A stretch of DNA of 64,000 nucleotides from an uncultured Candidatus Saccharibacteria bacterium (GCA_964459635.1 CAYWMQ010000002.1:6776-70775), one strand, 5' to 3'. Shown: positions 19,872 to 29,983, counted from the stretch's first letter. Program-made: numbers and translations. The notes: a model not told the origin generated them from the letters alone.

Positions 19872-20054
19872 ATGGCAAACAAAGCATACACAAAGCGTGT
19901 ACGGGTAAGCCCAAAGGGTAAGCTTCTCGTGCGAAAGCCCGGCGGCAACCACTTCAACGGCGCGGAAAAACGAAGCAAGCAGCTCGACCGCAAGCGCACC
20001 GGCCGCACACTCACACTTAACGCGAAAAAGACGGGGCGCTACCTCAAAGGATAG
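19872..20054 (+). CDS. rpmI: 50S ribosomal protein L35
   Basis: Basic 60 aa, NKAYTKRVRV...GK...H; synteny infC-rpmI-rplT. Confidence 0.85.
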   Translation: MANKAYTKRVRVSPKGKLLVRKPGGNHFNGAEKRSKQLDRKRTGRTLTLNAKKTGRYLKG

Positions 20055-20084
20055 TAGTTTTTACCAAAATCTCATTACTCCACC

Positions 20085-20432
20085 ATGGCACGCGTCAAAC
20101 GAGGCACCACAAAGCTCAAGCACCGCCGCAATGTCCTTGCGCGCACGAAAGGCATGCGCGGCAACATCCGCAAAAAGGAGCGACAGGCTCATGAGGTATT
20201 GCTCCATGCGGGCAACCACGCGTTCCAACACCGCAAGAAGAAGAAGGCTGACTTCCGTGCACTTTGGAATGTGCGCATAAACGCCGGTATTCGCCCGCTC
20301 GGCATGACCTATGCCACTTTTATCGCCGCTCTTAAGGTAAAAGGCATCGCACTCAACCGTAAGATGCTCGCAGAACTCGCCTCGGAGCACCCGGAAAGCT
20401 TCGCACGCCTCGTGAAGCAGGTACAAGGCTAA
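20085..20432 (+). CDS. rplT: 50S ribosomal protein L20
   Basis: MARVKRG, FRALWNVRINA, LNRKMLAELA. Confidence 0.97.
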   Translation: MARVKRGTTKLKHRRNVLARTKGMRGNIRKKERQAHEVLLHAGNHAFQHRKKKKADFRALWNVRINAGIRPLGMTYATFIAALKVKGIALNRKMLAELASEHPESFARLVKQVQG

Positions 20433-20446
20433 GCTCAACACTCATA

Positions 20447-20478
20447 CATAAAAGGCCGGTATGTGCCGGCCTTTTATG
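20447..20478. terminator. Bidirectional terminator
   Basis: CATAAAAGGCCGG-TATGTG-CCGGCCTTTTATG between convergent genes. Confidence 0.8.
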
Positions 20479-20496
20479 TATGAGTGCGCATGAACT

Positions 20497-20925
20497 CTAC
20501 GTACGCACACGCGCACGGCGCGCATATGTAAAAAGAAGTGCGCCCAACGAAGCGCCAAGGAGATCCATCCCGAGATCGCCCAGCGCGTCAAGCATAAACG
20601 CATCCGGGACACCATAGTGAGAAAACACCCAGATGCCGTACTCATAGAGCTCCCAAAGAACACCCACCCCAAGCGCTGCAGATAGCGACAGCTCAAAGGG
20701 CACTCGAAACCCGGTCGGACGTGCCATAGCCCGCGCGTAGCCGGACCTGTACCAAAACCACAGCACCGCAAGACCCACCCAGAGACCCCCCAGAAAATGT
20801 GTCACCAGATCAAACCAATCGAAAAGCCAGTACAGCGCCAGATACTGCGCGAGCACATCGAGCGCAAGAATGCCCCATATGAGAACAAACAGTACCTTGA
20901 GACCTGTGTGGCGTGCGTCACTCAT
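20497..20925 (-). CDS. Integral membrane protein (DUF2238/VanZ-like)
   Basis: FDLVTHFLGG, WELYE, D...DL motifs across four TM helices. Confidence 0.7.
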   Translation of the reverse strand: MSDARHTGLKVLFVLIWGILALDVLAQYLALYWLFDWFDLVTHFLGGLWVGLAVLWFWYRSGYARAMARPTGFRVPFELSLSAALGVGVLWELYEYGIWVFSHYGVPDAFMLDALGDLGMDLLGASLGALLFTYARRARVRT

Positions 20926-21003
20926 GAGCTCACTCAGTATAGCGCATCATGGAGCGCGACGCTGGCTCGACGCACACAAGCCGCCTTGTGGGCGGCTTGT
21001 GTG

Positions 21004-21142
21004 CGGGGCGCGAAACGTACTGCCCTGGTAAAACCAGGTGGGTCACTAGTGTCACGCTCCCTTTGAGCGGAAAGCTCAGCGGTTGCGCGTATGCCGCGAC
21101 CCTTGCAGTGTGTTTAAGAGGACAATATCGTTCCGTCACCCG
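21004..21142 (-). ncRNA. Candidate 6S-like RNA
   Basis: Extended -10 TGCTACACT at 21156-21148; about 20-bp closing stem, central bubble, GGGTCGC/GTGACCC inner stem, CCCACCTG motif; 15-bp perfect hairpin at 20971-21005 downstream. Confidence 0.6.
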
Positions 21143-21225
21143 ACTTCAGTGTAGCACATTTTGCACTTGCTATACATCGTAACTCTCTGGTATGGTGCGA
21201 TAAGACCAAAAGAAAGGACGCGTCG

Positions 21226-22176
21226 ATGATAGTGGCACATGTCAAAGCTACCGTGATGCTACGAGAAGGCACACGGGTACTTGTTGAACTGCCCGGGCAT
21301 AACGATTACAACTCCTACAAGTTCTATCAACAATACAACGGGCGCACCGGAACAGTCGTAGACTGCAGCGTGGAATATGCTCAGGTGCTCGATAAACATG
21401 GGCGCCTGCCGGGCTGCTACCGAGACCCTGAATGGCTCGTAGTGGTGTTCGAGGACGGCTCAAGGCAAACAATAAGCACCCGGGGGCTACGGCTTCTCGA
21501 CGCCCCAACCGCTATTGCAGCAGAGGGTGAGCAGGACGTTTGGACACGCCTACCGAAGATGTACCCTGGTGACCTCGTTTCGTTCACGACCGAGCGTTTC
21601 CCGCAGTCACCCCCTGAATATCTGTTTCCGCTTTCAGAGGCGTTTGCGGCTGCGATCGATCGCAGTGCTGAAAAAGGTACGCTCCGCATCGTCGATCAAG
21701 TTCACTTGGAGGAGTCCGGCTTTTACGCGGGCTGGCGTGATGCGCAGGGTTCCCATTTTGCCCACGAGGACGACATAGCGGTTATCCACCCGGGCCCTGT
21801 CCACGCCGCTTACAAGGACCAACCGATTGTGTTCGCGAAGCTGGACGACATGTTCGCTTTTTGGGAGCATGACGGGTTTTCTGTGCATGTGCCGCGGCCT
21901 GCACAGGCAGGACTGGACCCGATGCTTGCGGAACTTTTTGACGAGACTGAGCGCCAACTTGATCCGCAAAAGAACCCAAGGAGCGAGTACGCGGCCGCTA
22001 TCGCGCGCATTGAAAGCGGCGCTGTAGACTTTGTCCGTATCCATGAAGAAGTGGAGCCCAAGACAGGGCGCACCCTTCGGTATCTTAGTGCGCGCAAAGT
22101 GCACACGTGGGTGGGAGCGCATATAGCTCACAAGCTACGCGAACTCAGTCTCACTGAGCTACGTGCGCGTACCTAA
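21226..22176 (+). CDS. Hypothetical ORFan (possible N-terminal KOW/SH3-like fold)
   Basis: 316 aa, own -10 box, AAGGA SD, terminator at 22192-22219. Confidence 0.7.
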   Translation: MIVAHVKATVMLREGTRVLVELPGHNDYNSYKFYQQYNGRTGTVVDCSVEYAQVLDKHGRLPGCYRDPEWLVVVFEDGSRQTISTRGLRLLDAPTAIAAEGEQDVWTRLPKMYPGDLVSFTTERFPQSPPEYLFPLSEAFAAAIDRSAEKGTLRIVDQVHLEESGFYAGWRDAQGSHFAHEDDIAVIHPGPVHAAYKDQPIVFAKLDDMFAFWEHDGFSVHVPRPAQAGLDPMLAELFDETERQLDPQKNPRSEYAAAIARIESGAVDFVRIHEEVEPKTGRTLRYLSARKVHTWVGAHIAHKLRELSLTELRART

Positions 22177-22225
22177 GCACAGTAACACCTGAAAAGGGTC
22201 TCTCACGAGACCCTTTCACTTATTT

Positions 22226-22831
22226 CTACTCAAGAATGCCGTCCAGATTTATGTCGTAGAGTATCTGCTCCTGCACAAGACGGTAACCAACGAGCTCCTC
22301 CGCGCTAAACCAGTGTGCAAGCTCTTTCTCGGCTTCTTCCACCGACCCTGAGGCATGTATGAGATTCCGGATAGCCCTATCGTCGGCATCAGCCATCGAG
22401 TACGAGTCGAGCACAAAATCGCCGCGAATGGTACCTACATCCGAGCTGCGCGGTTCGGTCCCACCGACCAGTTTGCGGATAAGCTCAACCGCGTGCGCGC
22501 CCTGCCACGCCATTACAACGGTAGGACCGCTCGTCATATACTTTTTGAGTCGCTCCACTACAGCATTGCCCACCTCCTCTGGGTTGTCGGACGGTGGCGT
22601 CTCACCCTTTTTCTTGTATGACTCTATGGCCTTCTCTCCCACCTTGCGTTTCCAGGACGGGTCGATGGTGTAGTGCGCTTCCACTGCCTCGGCGGTGGGC
22701 ACCAAAAACTTCATACCGATGAGTTTGAGCCCTACACGCTCGAAACGGCCCACTATTTCTCCGATGAGCGAGCGCTGCACGCCATCCGGCTTGATAATAA
22801 CGAGGGTACGCTCCTTGTGATAGTCCGACAT
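22226..22831 (-). CDS. ndk: Nucleoside diphosphate kinase
   Basis: ERTLVIIKPDGVQR, GTIRGDF, NLIHASGS. Confidence 0.96.
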   Translation of the reverse strand: MSDYHKERTLVIIKPDGVQRSLIGEIVGRFERVGLKLIGMKFLVPTAEAVEAHYTIDPSWKRKVGEKAIESYKKKGETPPSDNPEEVGNAVVERLKKYMTSGPTVVMAWQGAHAVELIRKLVGGTEPRSSDVGTIRGDFVLDSYSMADADDRAIRNLIHASGSVEEAEKELAHWFSAEELVGYRLVQEQILYDINLDGILE

Positions 22832-22989
22832 AGGTACTGAGTGTTAGTGAGTAGTGAATTGGTACCGCAACACCGGGCACCGTACCGGGGCTCAGGTGCG
22901 TGGCTGTAGTATACATAGCGACGGGCAAAAGTGAAACCTCGAGCACACATGACGCGTTACAGTGTAAAGGCTGGACAAAGGAAAAACAC

Positions 22990-23115
22990 ATGAACACGGA
23001 AGAGTCAGAAGACATGGACGTTCACGCGCCGGAAGCGACCCCACAGCACGACGCCGCGACAGACACGGGAGACGCACTGTTGCGCGAAATTGTCCGCGAT
23101 GTATGCGCACTCTGA
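22990..23115 (+). CDS. Small acidic hypothetical peptide (41 aa)
   Basis: AAGGAAAA upstream of ATG; hairpin at 23123-23144 downstream. Confidence 0.4.
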   Translation: MNTEESEDMDVHAPEATPQHDAATDTGDALLREIVRDVCAL

Positions 23116-23221
23116 AGCGAAACCGCCCCAACACAAGGGGCGGTGCTCTTTTTCGGTCGCTGTTGTGTATTTACACAAAAGTAGTATAGTCGCACGTAAA
23201 CCAGCCAGAAAGGAGGAAGAA

Positions 23222-23386
23222 ATGGCCTGGCGAAAGTGCGACTGTGAGGGCAACTGCAAATGGCCCTACACAGACCCCTGCAAAATCGACACGGCACGGG
23301 AGCGTAGCAAAGCGGACGTGCGTGCGACACGCACGAGACGCGTCAAAGCGGAACAGGCAGCTGCAACAAAAGAGGAGCCGAAGTAA
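23222..23386 (+). CDS. Small Cys-rich ORFan (54 aa)
   Basis: AGGAGG 5 nt upstream; CxCxxxCx6C; own -10 TATAGT; hairpin near 23413-23439. Confidence 0.6.
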   Translation: MAWRKCDCEGNCKWPYTDPCKIDTARERSKADVRATRTRRVKAEQAAATKEEPK

Positions 23387-23446
23387 GGCTCATGAGTGTT
23401 GACCCACATACGTGACGGCGCGTCTTCGGACGCGCTGTTTGCTCTT

Positions 23447-24217
23447 TTACAGCTCCGTCAGTATTTCGGGCCCGTCCCTCGTGATGAGTATGTCGTGTTC
23501 AAAGTGTGCGCTGCGGGAATGGTCGCGCGTGCGCACGGTGTACCCGTCCGACTCAAACACCACCGCCCCCTTGCCCTCGTTTATCATCGGCTCTATTGCC
23601 AGCACCATACCCGGCTCCAGGCGTTCGCCGCGGCCGGCGTCGCCAAAATTGGGCACCTGCGGTGCCTCATGTACTGCGGTGCCCACACCGTGCCCGCAGA
23701 GGTCACGCACGAGGCCAAAACCCTCACTGCGTACGTGTGTTTCTATCGCATTCCCGATATCACCCACACGACCTCCCGCCCGTGCTGCCGCGATACCCCG
23801 CATGAGCGCCTCTTCGCACACTGTGAGCATTTTTTGAGCTGCGGCATCTATGCCTCCCACCGCGTACGTGCGCCCCGCATCTGTAATGACGCCGTCTTTT
23901 CGTAATCCGATATCCAGCCCGATGATGTCGCCCTCCATGAGCGTGTATCGCAGCTCGGTAGGGATACCATGCACCACCACATCATTCGGGGCTACGCAGA
24001 GTGCGCACGGGTATGCACGCGGCGCACCGGGCGGCGTATAGCCCAAAAATGCGGGCTGCGCACCCGCTTCGGCAATGTACGCCCTCGCAAGGTGCTCAAG
24101 CTCCTCTGTTGTAACGCCGGGCGCGATCTTTTCTGCGAGCCGCGCAAGCACGTCAGCATGCCGCTTACCCAAGTCTCGAAGCGCCGCTATCTGTTTGTCG
24201 GTCTTTATGCGGCTCAT
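23447..24217 (-). CDS. map: Methionine aminopeptidase type I
   Basis: VVHGIP, D.G....G...D, GHGVG..VHE.P, AIEPM, SAHFEH. Confidence 0.96.
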   Translation of the reverse strand: MSRIKTDKQIAALRDLGKRHADVLARLAEKIAPGVTTEELEHLARAYIAEAGAQPAFLGYTPPGAPRAYPCALCVAPNDVVVHGIPTELRYTLMEGDIIGLDIGLRKDGVITDAGRTYAVGGIDAAAQKMLTVCEEALMRGIAAARAGGRVGDIGNAIETHVRSEGFGLVRDLCGHGVGTAVHEAPQVPNFGDAGRGERLEPGMVLAIEPMINEGKGAVVFESDGYTVRTRDHSRSAHFEHDILITRDGPEILTEL

Positions 24218-24810
24218 GCAAGGCCAAGACGTGCACGTATGTCAGCCTGAATATCCTCAATGGATCTGTTGCCGTCAAGCTCTTCGATACGGTATGCGGG
24301 ACTGTTCCGAAAGTACGCAATGGTGGGCACCACCTCGTCGTGATACCACGCGATGCGGCGACGCATGAGCTCCTCCGAGTCATCCGCACGCCTCCGTACC
24401 TCTATGGCACGCCGCATGAGCTCCGACTCTTCAACATCAAGCACAAACACCACGGGGTTGGTGCGCTGGTAAAACGTCATCGCACTGTCAAAGACAGACG
24501 CTTCCTCCGGCCTGCGCGGAAAGCCGTCGATAAGCAAGTGTTCATTGCCGGCCAAATGGTCGACAAAGTAACTCGCCCATAGCCATATCGGCAAGAAGGC
24601 CGGCTGAAGCGCGCCCCGCTCCTGAATATCCCGTATGAGCCGCCCCGTGTACGAATCTTGCTCGCTCGCTCTGCGAAACATATCGCCGGTCACCACATGG
24701 AGCGCTGTGCGCTCCGGGTCTATGCTCGCAAGATGGTCTCGTAATAGCGCGGCCTGCGTACCCTTGCCGCTTCCGGCCGGGCCATAAAATAGTACGGTGT
24801 GGAGTTGCAT
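24214..24810 (-). CDS. adk: Adenylate kinase (short LID)
   Basis: GPAGSGKGTQ, TGDMFR, IDGFPR, R.DD; follows secY. Confidence 0.9.
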   Translation of the reverse strand: MQLHTVLFYGPAGSGKGTQAALLRDHLASIDPERTALHVVTGDMFRRASEQDSYTGRLIRDIQERGALQPAFLPIWLWASYFVDHLAGNEHLLIDGFPRRPEEASVFDSAMTFYQRTNPVVFVLDVEESELMRRAIEVRRRADDSEELMRRRIAWYHDEVVPTIAYFRNSPAYRIEELDGNRSIEDIQADIRARLGLA

Positions 24811-24854
24811 GACGCTTAGTGTAGCACAAACCAGCGGGCGGACAAAAACTCTAC

Positions 24855-26129
24855 CTAATACTCCCGGATGGAGATTTGTGCGTCTATCTTGCGTACGAGG
24901 TCGAGCACGACCGACACGACAATGAGAAGAGCGGTGCCGCCTATGGCATAGGCCTGAGAGCCCGTAATAGCCTGCATACCGAGCGGCAACACTGCGATAG
25001 CCCCGAGGAAGAGTGCGCCCACGAGAGTGATGCGTGTAAGGATGTTCGCAAGATACGCTGCGGTGGCACCGCCGGGCCGTACGCCGGGAATGAACGCGCC
25101 CGACTTCTGCAGATTCGTGCTGATAGACTGCGGATCAAAGGTGACAGCGGTGTAGAAGTAGGTGAATAGCACCACAAATATGAAGTACAGGCCGGCATAG
25201 AGCCACTGTATCTGGAAATACGTGAGCGCCTGCTGCGCAAAGGCGGCCACCTGCGGCTGGTCCACGGTAACGAGGAAGTTCAGGAGCATCTGCGGAAACA
25301 GCAGTATGGAAAGCGCAAAGATGATGGGAATGACACCGGCTTGGTTGACCCGGAGCGGCAGGTATGTGGACACGCCACCATAGCTCTTGCCTCCGCGCAC
25401 CTGCTTGGCGTAGGTGATAGGTACGGGACGCTCCGCTTCCGTGATGGTCACCACCGCGGCGGTGACCGCAATAGCTGCCACAACAACGCCCAGGTAGAGG
25501 GGTATCTGTGACGGATCGTAATTGAAAAGCACCTGGCTTGCGGTGGTTGGAAGCGCCGCAACGATACCCGCAAAGATGAGTACGGACACGCCGTTCCCTA
25601 TGCCAAACTCACTGATGAGCTCACCTATCCACATGAGGAGTATCGAGCCGGCCGCAACCACAGTGACGTTAACGACAAAGGAGAAGAGCGTGAGGTCGGT
25701 CACGATACCCTGACGGGAAAGGAGCATAAGGAAGCCGAACGCCTGCACGAACGCGAGCGGCACGGTGAGATACCGCGCGTACTGGGTAAATTTCTGGCGT
25801 CCCGCTTCACCTTCTTCCGTGTAGAGCGCCTTCACCTGCGGTGACATGATGGTGAGGAGCTGCATGATGATGGACGCCGTGATGTACGGACCCACACCAA
25901 GCATGACGATCGACAAATTGGAAAGGCCGCCACCCGAGAATATGTTCAGGAGGCCAAGGAACTGGTTGTTTGCAAAAAAAGCTTCAAGCTGTGTGACGTC
26001 CACGCCCGGAATCGGTATGGTAGCGAGCGCGCGGAAGACTACGAGCGCGCCGAGCAAAAAAAGAATGCGCATCCGCAGATTGGAATCCGCAAGTATGAGC
26101 CTGATGCGCTGCATGAACGTACTGAACAT
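24855..26129 (-). CDS. secY: Preprotein translocase SecY
   Basis: LGVGPYITASII, GIGNGVS, AGVIPIIFA, IPGVRPG, GGTALLIVV. Confidence 0.98.
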   Translation of the reverse strand: MFSTFMQRIRLILADSNLRMRILFLLGALVVFRALATIPIPGVDVTQLEAFFANNQFLGLLNIFSGGGLSNLSIVMLGVGPYITASIIMQLLTIMSPQVKALYTEEGEAGRQKFTQYARYLTVPLAFVQAFGFLMLLSRQGIVTDLTLFSFVVNVTVVAAGSILLMWIGELISEFGIGNGVSVLIFAGIVAALPTTASQVLFNYDPSQIPLYLGVVVAAIAVTAAVVTITEAERPVPITYAKQVRGGKSYGGVSTYLPLRVNQAGVIPIIFALSILLFPQMLLNFLVTVDQPQVAAFAQQALTYFQIQWLYAGLYFIFVVLFTYFYTAVTFDPQSISTNLQKSGAFIPGVRPGGATAAYLANILTRITLVGALFLGAIAVLPLGMQAITGSQAYAIGGTALLIVVSVVLDLVRKIDAQISIREY

Positions 26130-26182
26130 AAATTGCTGGATGTGGCGCTCACACGTCGGGCACCGGAATACTCACACAAAAA

Positions 26183-26632
26183 CTATAACACGTCACCGCC
26201 CGCTTTGCGTACCGCTTCGCCCGCCGCAGCGGAAAGGGAGCAGCCTGCGACAGTGAGCCGCTTTGTGAGTGCGCCTGTGGCAAGTATTTTCACTTCGGGA
26301 AGTACACCGGATGCACGCGAGATGAGCCCCTTGGACGCGAGGGTCTTCGGATCCACACGGTCGCCCGCCGCAAACACACGCTCAAGCGCCGCAAGCGAAA
26401 CGGGCGTAGGCTTCACGCGGCCACTATGCACCGTACGTGCGCGATTTTTTCCGTGACCGCGACGCTTCGGGATCTTCTTGATAATGTCGCGCTCCACGGG
26501 ACGTATCTTGCGCCCTGCACGAGCCTTCTGGCCTTTATGCCCGCGACCGGATGTTTTGCCACGCTTTCCGCCACGCCCGATGCGGCGCGCTCCTTTGTTC
26601 GTGGCTGGTTTGGTGATGTCGTGCTGTTGCAT
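26183..26632 (-). CDS. rplO: 50S ribosomal protein L15
   Basis: RIGRGGKRGKTSGRGHKGQKAR. Confidence 0.96.
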   Translation of the reverse strand: MQQHDITKPATNKGARRIGRGGKRGKTSGRGHKGQKARAGRKIRPVERDIIKKIPKRRGHGKNRARTVHSGRVKPTPVSLAALERVFAAGDRVDPKTLASKGLISRASGVLPEVKILATGALTKRLTVAGCSLSAAAGEAVRKAGGDVL

Positions 26633-26643
26633 GGTAGTGGGCT

Positions 26644-27252
26644 TTACTGCACCTCTTTACGAGCAGCCTTGGCTTCGGGGGCTGCCGCCTTGCGACGGCG
26701 CGGCGTAAGTCGCGACAGCGCAAGAGTGGTCGCACGCGCGTTGTTCAGATGATTCTTGCTGCGCGAGAGGATCTTGCCGGAAACATTGCGCAGGCCCGCA
26801 AGCTCAAGTACGGTGCGTACGGCAGACCCGGCCTTGAGGCCCTTCCCGGGCGCAGGCATAAGCAGCACCTGAGACGCTGCATACTTGGCAGCCGACTCGT
26901 GCGGTATGGAGCCCTCATCGGTAATAGGTACGCGCACCAAATGCTTCTTTGCATCGCGCGTTGCCTTTTCAATGGCGAGCGCCGTGTCCATGGCCTTACC
27001 GAGCCCCACGCCCACCTGACCGCGACCATTGCCTATGACCACCGCCACACTGAACGCGAAGCGACGACCTCCCGCGACCACGCGTGTGACACGACGGATG
27101 GAGAGGAGTTTGTTGTCAAACTCGCTGCGTGCGCGCGGCTCACGCGCCCTGCGTGGTCGGCGCGGCATGCGCTCACCGCCGCGGCCACCGCGTGGCGCTT
27201 CCGCCGGGCTCTCCCCTTGTCGCGCTTTCGTCTGTACAGGTGTGTCTGTCAT
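26644..27252 (-). CDS. rpsE: 30S ribosomal protein S5
   Basis: RVTRVVAGGRRFAF, GQVGVGLGKA. Confidence 0.96.
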   Translation of the reverse strand: MTDTPVQTKARQGESPAEAPRGGRGGERMPRRPRRAREPRARSEFDNKLLSIRRVTRVVAGGRRFAFSVAVVIGNGRGQVGVGLGKAMDTALAIEKATRDAKKHLVRVPITDEGSIPHESAAKYAASQVLLMPAPGKGLKAGSAVRTVLELAGLRNVSGKILSRSKNHLNNARATTLALSRLTPRRRKAAAPEAKAARKEVQ

Positions 27253-27263
27253 GGTGAGTATGT

Positions 27264-27614
27264 TTAAAGCTGCAGGCCGCCCTCGCGTGCACCCTCCGCC
27301 ACTTCACGTATCGCGCCCGCGTACAGGAAGCCGCCTCGGTCAAAGACCACACACTCAATGCCGGCCTTCTTTGCGCGTGACGCTATCTCTTCACCCACCG
27401 CACGTGCGCGTGCGCGCAAACCTTCCGCCTTGACCGTCCGCGTGTTTGCCGCCGCCAGGGTGCGACCGGCTGCATCGTCAATAAGCTGCGCGTAGAGTGC
27501 CGTGTTGCTCCTGAAGACCGCCAGACGCGGGCGCTCCGCCGTACCTGCAATGTTCGCGCGTATGCGTGCGTGACGACGTGTCCTTTTTTCTGTTTTTGGA
27601 TTGCCGGTGGCCAT
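27264..27614 (-). CDS. rplR: 50S ribosomal protein L18
   Basis: [26 protein letters not shown]. Confidence 0.96.
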   Translation of the reverse strand: MATGNPKTEKRTRRHARIRANIAGTAERPRLAVFRSNTALYAQLIDDAAGRTLAAANTRTVKAEGLRARARAVGEEIASRAKKAGIECVVFDRGGFLYAGAIREVAEGAREGGLQL

Positions 27615-27620
27615 AGTACG

Positions 27621-28154
27621 CTATGAAGCTTTCTTACCCTGCTTACGGCGGATAACCTCGTCGCTGTAGCGGAAGCCCTTGCCCTTGTACGGCTCAGGCT
27701 TCTTGATAGCGCGAATGTTCGCTGCAAACTGGCCGAGTGCGTCCTTGTCAATGGAGGTCATGGTGAGCTCGTTCTTCTCTGCAGCTGCGGTAATGCCGGC
27801 GGGAATAGCGACCTTGACTTGGTGTGAAAAACCCACGTTCAAGGTAAGCTCGCTTCCCGCGACAGCCATACGGTAGCCTACACCCTCGAGAATGAGCTTC
27901 TTTGTGTACGGCGTACGGACACCGGTGAGCATGTTGCGCACATGCGCCGCATAGGTACCCCAAAGCGCGCGGGCAAGCTTCGTCTCGTTCTTCGGGCTCA
28001 CCTGCACCTCACTGCCGGAGACCACCACCTCCACGTACGGATGGATGGGCTTGGAAAGCTCACCCTTCGGTCCTTTCACGCTCAAGACACCGTCCGAGAC
28101 GCGCACTTCGGTACCTGAAGGAATGGTTGTTGGTCGTTTACCTATTCTGCTCAT
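27621..28154 (-). CDS. rplF: 50S ribosomal protein L6
   Basis: MSRIGK, KGPKGEL, PEPYKGKG. Confidence 0.96.
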   Translation of the reverse strand: MSRIGKRPTTIPSGTEVRVSDGVLSVKGPKGELSKPIHPYVEVVVSGSEVQVSPKNETKLARALWGTYAAHVRNMLTGVRTPYTKKLILEGVGYRMAVAGSELTLNVGFSHQVKVAIPAGITAAAEKNELTMTSIDKDALGQFAANIRAIKKPEPYKGKGFRYSDEVIRRKQGKKAS

Positions 28155-28176
28155 ACTAGTAGTGAAGCGTGTCGTG

Positions 28177-28566
28177 TTACCAGATCTCAAACAAAAGCTC
28201 TCCGCCAACCTTTTCGCGTTTTGCCTCCTCGCCTGAAAGCACACCTTTCGGGGTTGAGACATAGAGCGTACCTGTACCGCCTCGTACGGACTGTATATCG
28301 GTAGCCCCCGCGTAGACGCGACACCCGGGCTTGGACACGCGGCGCACGTCATTAAAGCGGTACTTCCCCGAGTCCGACCGTGCGAGCGTAAGCTCAAGCG
28401 TACGATGTGCCTTCTTTCCGCGCTTGGCTACCTCGCTCACAATACCGCGTTCGCGCAGCTTCTCCGCTATAGCGGCCTTTATGTTCGAAAGAGGTACTAC
28501 GACCACGTCCTTTCCGGCAAGGCGGGCGGTCTTGAGGCGATTGATCATGTCTGCGATGGGATCCAT
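28177..28566 (-). CDS. rpsH: 30S ribosomal protein S8
   Basis: MDPIADM, RVSKPG.RVY, STPKGV, GGE. Confidence 0.96.
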   Translation of the reverse strand: MDPIADMINRLKTARLAGKDVVVVPLSNIKAAIAEKLRERGIVSEVAKRGKKAHRTLELTLARSDSGKYRFNDVRRVSKPGCRVYAGATDIQSVRGGTGTLYVSTPKGVLSGEEAKREKVGGELLFEIW

Positions 28567-28618
28567 GGTGAGGTGAAGTATGAGGTACTGGTATGGGAAT
28601 AGGCAATGTGTCGGCGAA

Positions 28619-28804
28619 CTACCAGCTGCTTTTCTTAACGCCCGGAAGGAAGCCTTCGTTGGCGAGTTCGCGGAAACAGATGCGGCACATATCGAAGTCG
28701 CGCATAAAACCACGGCCGCGGCCACAGCGGAAGCAGCGATTGGTAGCCCGTGTCGTAAACTTGGGCTTCTTTTGCGAACGGGCGATGACTGATTTCTTTG
28801 CCAT
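28619..28804 (-). CDS. rpsN: 30S ribosomal protein S14 (zinc-binding, 61 aa)
   Basis: RCFRCGR...CRICFRE...PGVKKSSW. Confidence 0.96.
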   Translation of the reverse strand: MAKKSVIARSQKKPKFTTRATNRCFRCGRGRGFMRDFDMCRICFRELANEGFLPGVKKSSW

Positions 28805-28949
28805 GTGATTCTCTGTGGTGTATGTGGTACGTAGCCTGTGTACCTTCTCCTCACGTACGGATATCGAAATAAAAACGCTCACCTCCGAGCTTGGCGCATA
28901 GTAGCAGTATCGTTCCAGACTGTCAACGCGACAGCCGGCACGACATACC

Positions 28950-29486
28950 CTATCGCTCACGCAAGGGCAAACCGATATGTCGCAGGTATGCCTCCGCCTC
29001 GCCTCGCGTCTTTGCGGTGGTCACGAGGGTCACCGCAAAACCGAACACATCGCGCTGCTCCTCGTCGGCCGTCTCCGGGAAAATGGTGTGCTCACTCACG
29101 CCTATCGTGACGTTCCCCACCTCATCGATGGCTTTGGGAGAAAGGCCGCGGAAGTCGCGCGTGCGCGGAAAGGCGATGTGTATGAGCTTGTCTACAAAGT
29201 CGCGCATGCGTGCGCCGCGCAAGGTGATCTGGTACCCCACCACGTCACCCTGGCGCACCTTGAAAGACGCGATGGACTTCTTCGCACCGCGTGCAGCGGG
29301 CTTCTGTCCGGTAATACGCGCCAGTCTGTCTTGTATGAGCTCGATCTTTTTCGGGTCCGCCACTTTGCCCACCCCCACCGAGATTACCGCCTTTACGAGC
29401 TTGGGTGTTTGCATGGTGTTCTTGTACCCGTGCGTTTCGCGGAGCGCATCGTACACCGTCTTTTGTTTTTCGATGAGTGAAGCCAT
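28950..29486 (-). CDS. rplE: 50S ribosomal protein L5
   Basis: [24 protein letters not shown]. Confidence 0.96.
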   Translation of the reverse strand: MASLIEKQKTVYDALRETHGYKNTMQTPKLVKAVISVGVGKVADPKKIELIQDRLARITGQKPAARGAKKSIASFKVRQGDVVGYQITLRGARMRDFVDKLIHIAFPRTRDFRGLSPKAIDEVGNVTIGVSEHTIFPETADEEQRDVFGFAVTLVTTAKTRGEAEAYLRHIGLPLRER

Positions 29487-29489
29487 GGT

Positions 29490-29804
29490 TTATGAGGAAA
29501 GTTTCGCGCCGCTCTTTTTTGCGATGCGTACACGTTTATCGTTTTCTTTGGACACTCCAACGCGCGTGGCTTTGCCGGACTTTGGGTCGCGGAGCCCCAC
29601 GTTTGACACATGAATGGGCGCAGCAAACTCAATAATGCCCCCGCCCTGCTTTGTTTGCTTGTTGGTCTTGCGGTGGCGCTTGTGGACATTGACGCCCTCC
29701 ACCACCACCTGATCGGTGGCAGGCAGTGCGCGGAGCACAGTACCGCTCTTCCCGCGGTCCTTGCCTGCTCGTATGATGACTGTGTCTCCTTTTCTTATTT
29801 TCAT
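29490..29804 (-). CDS. rplX: 50S ribosomal protein L24
   Basis: IRKGDTV...GKDRGK.G, PIHVSNV. Confidence 0.96.
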   Translation of the reverse strand: MKIRKGDTVIIRAGKDRGKSGTVLRALPATDQVVVEGVNVHKRHRKTNKQTKQGGGIIEFAAPIHVSNVGLRDPKSGKATRVGVSKENDKRVRIAKKSGAKLSS

Positions 29805-29983
29805 ACTGTAGTGATACAAATGCGACTCCTCGTTACCCGATACCAATCAACGAATGTGTACTTGTCCCGCCGTAGCTCGTTTGCGAAGGGGGGGGCGAAT
29901 GCTGCGAATAGATCCACCTATCTTGCTCTGACGCTGTGATCCATTCGTTGCATTCGTACCGTACTCGTGTAATTCGTATTGTG

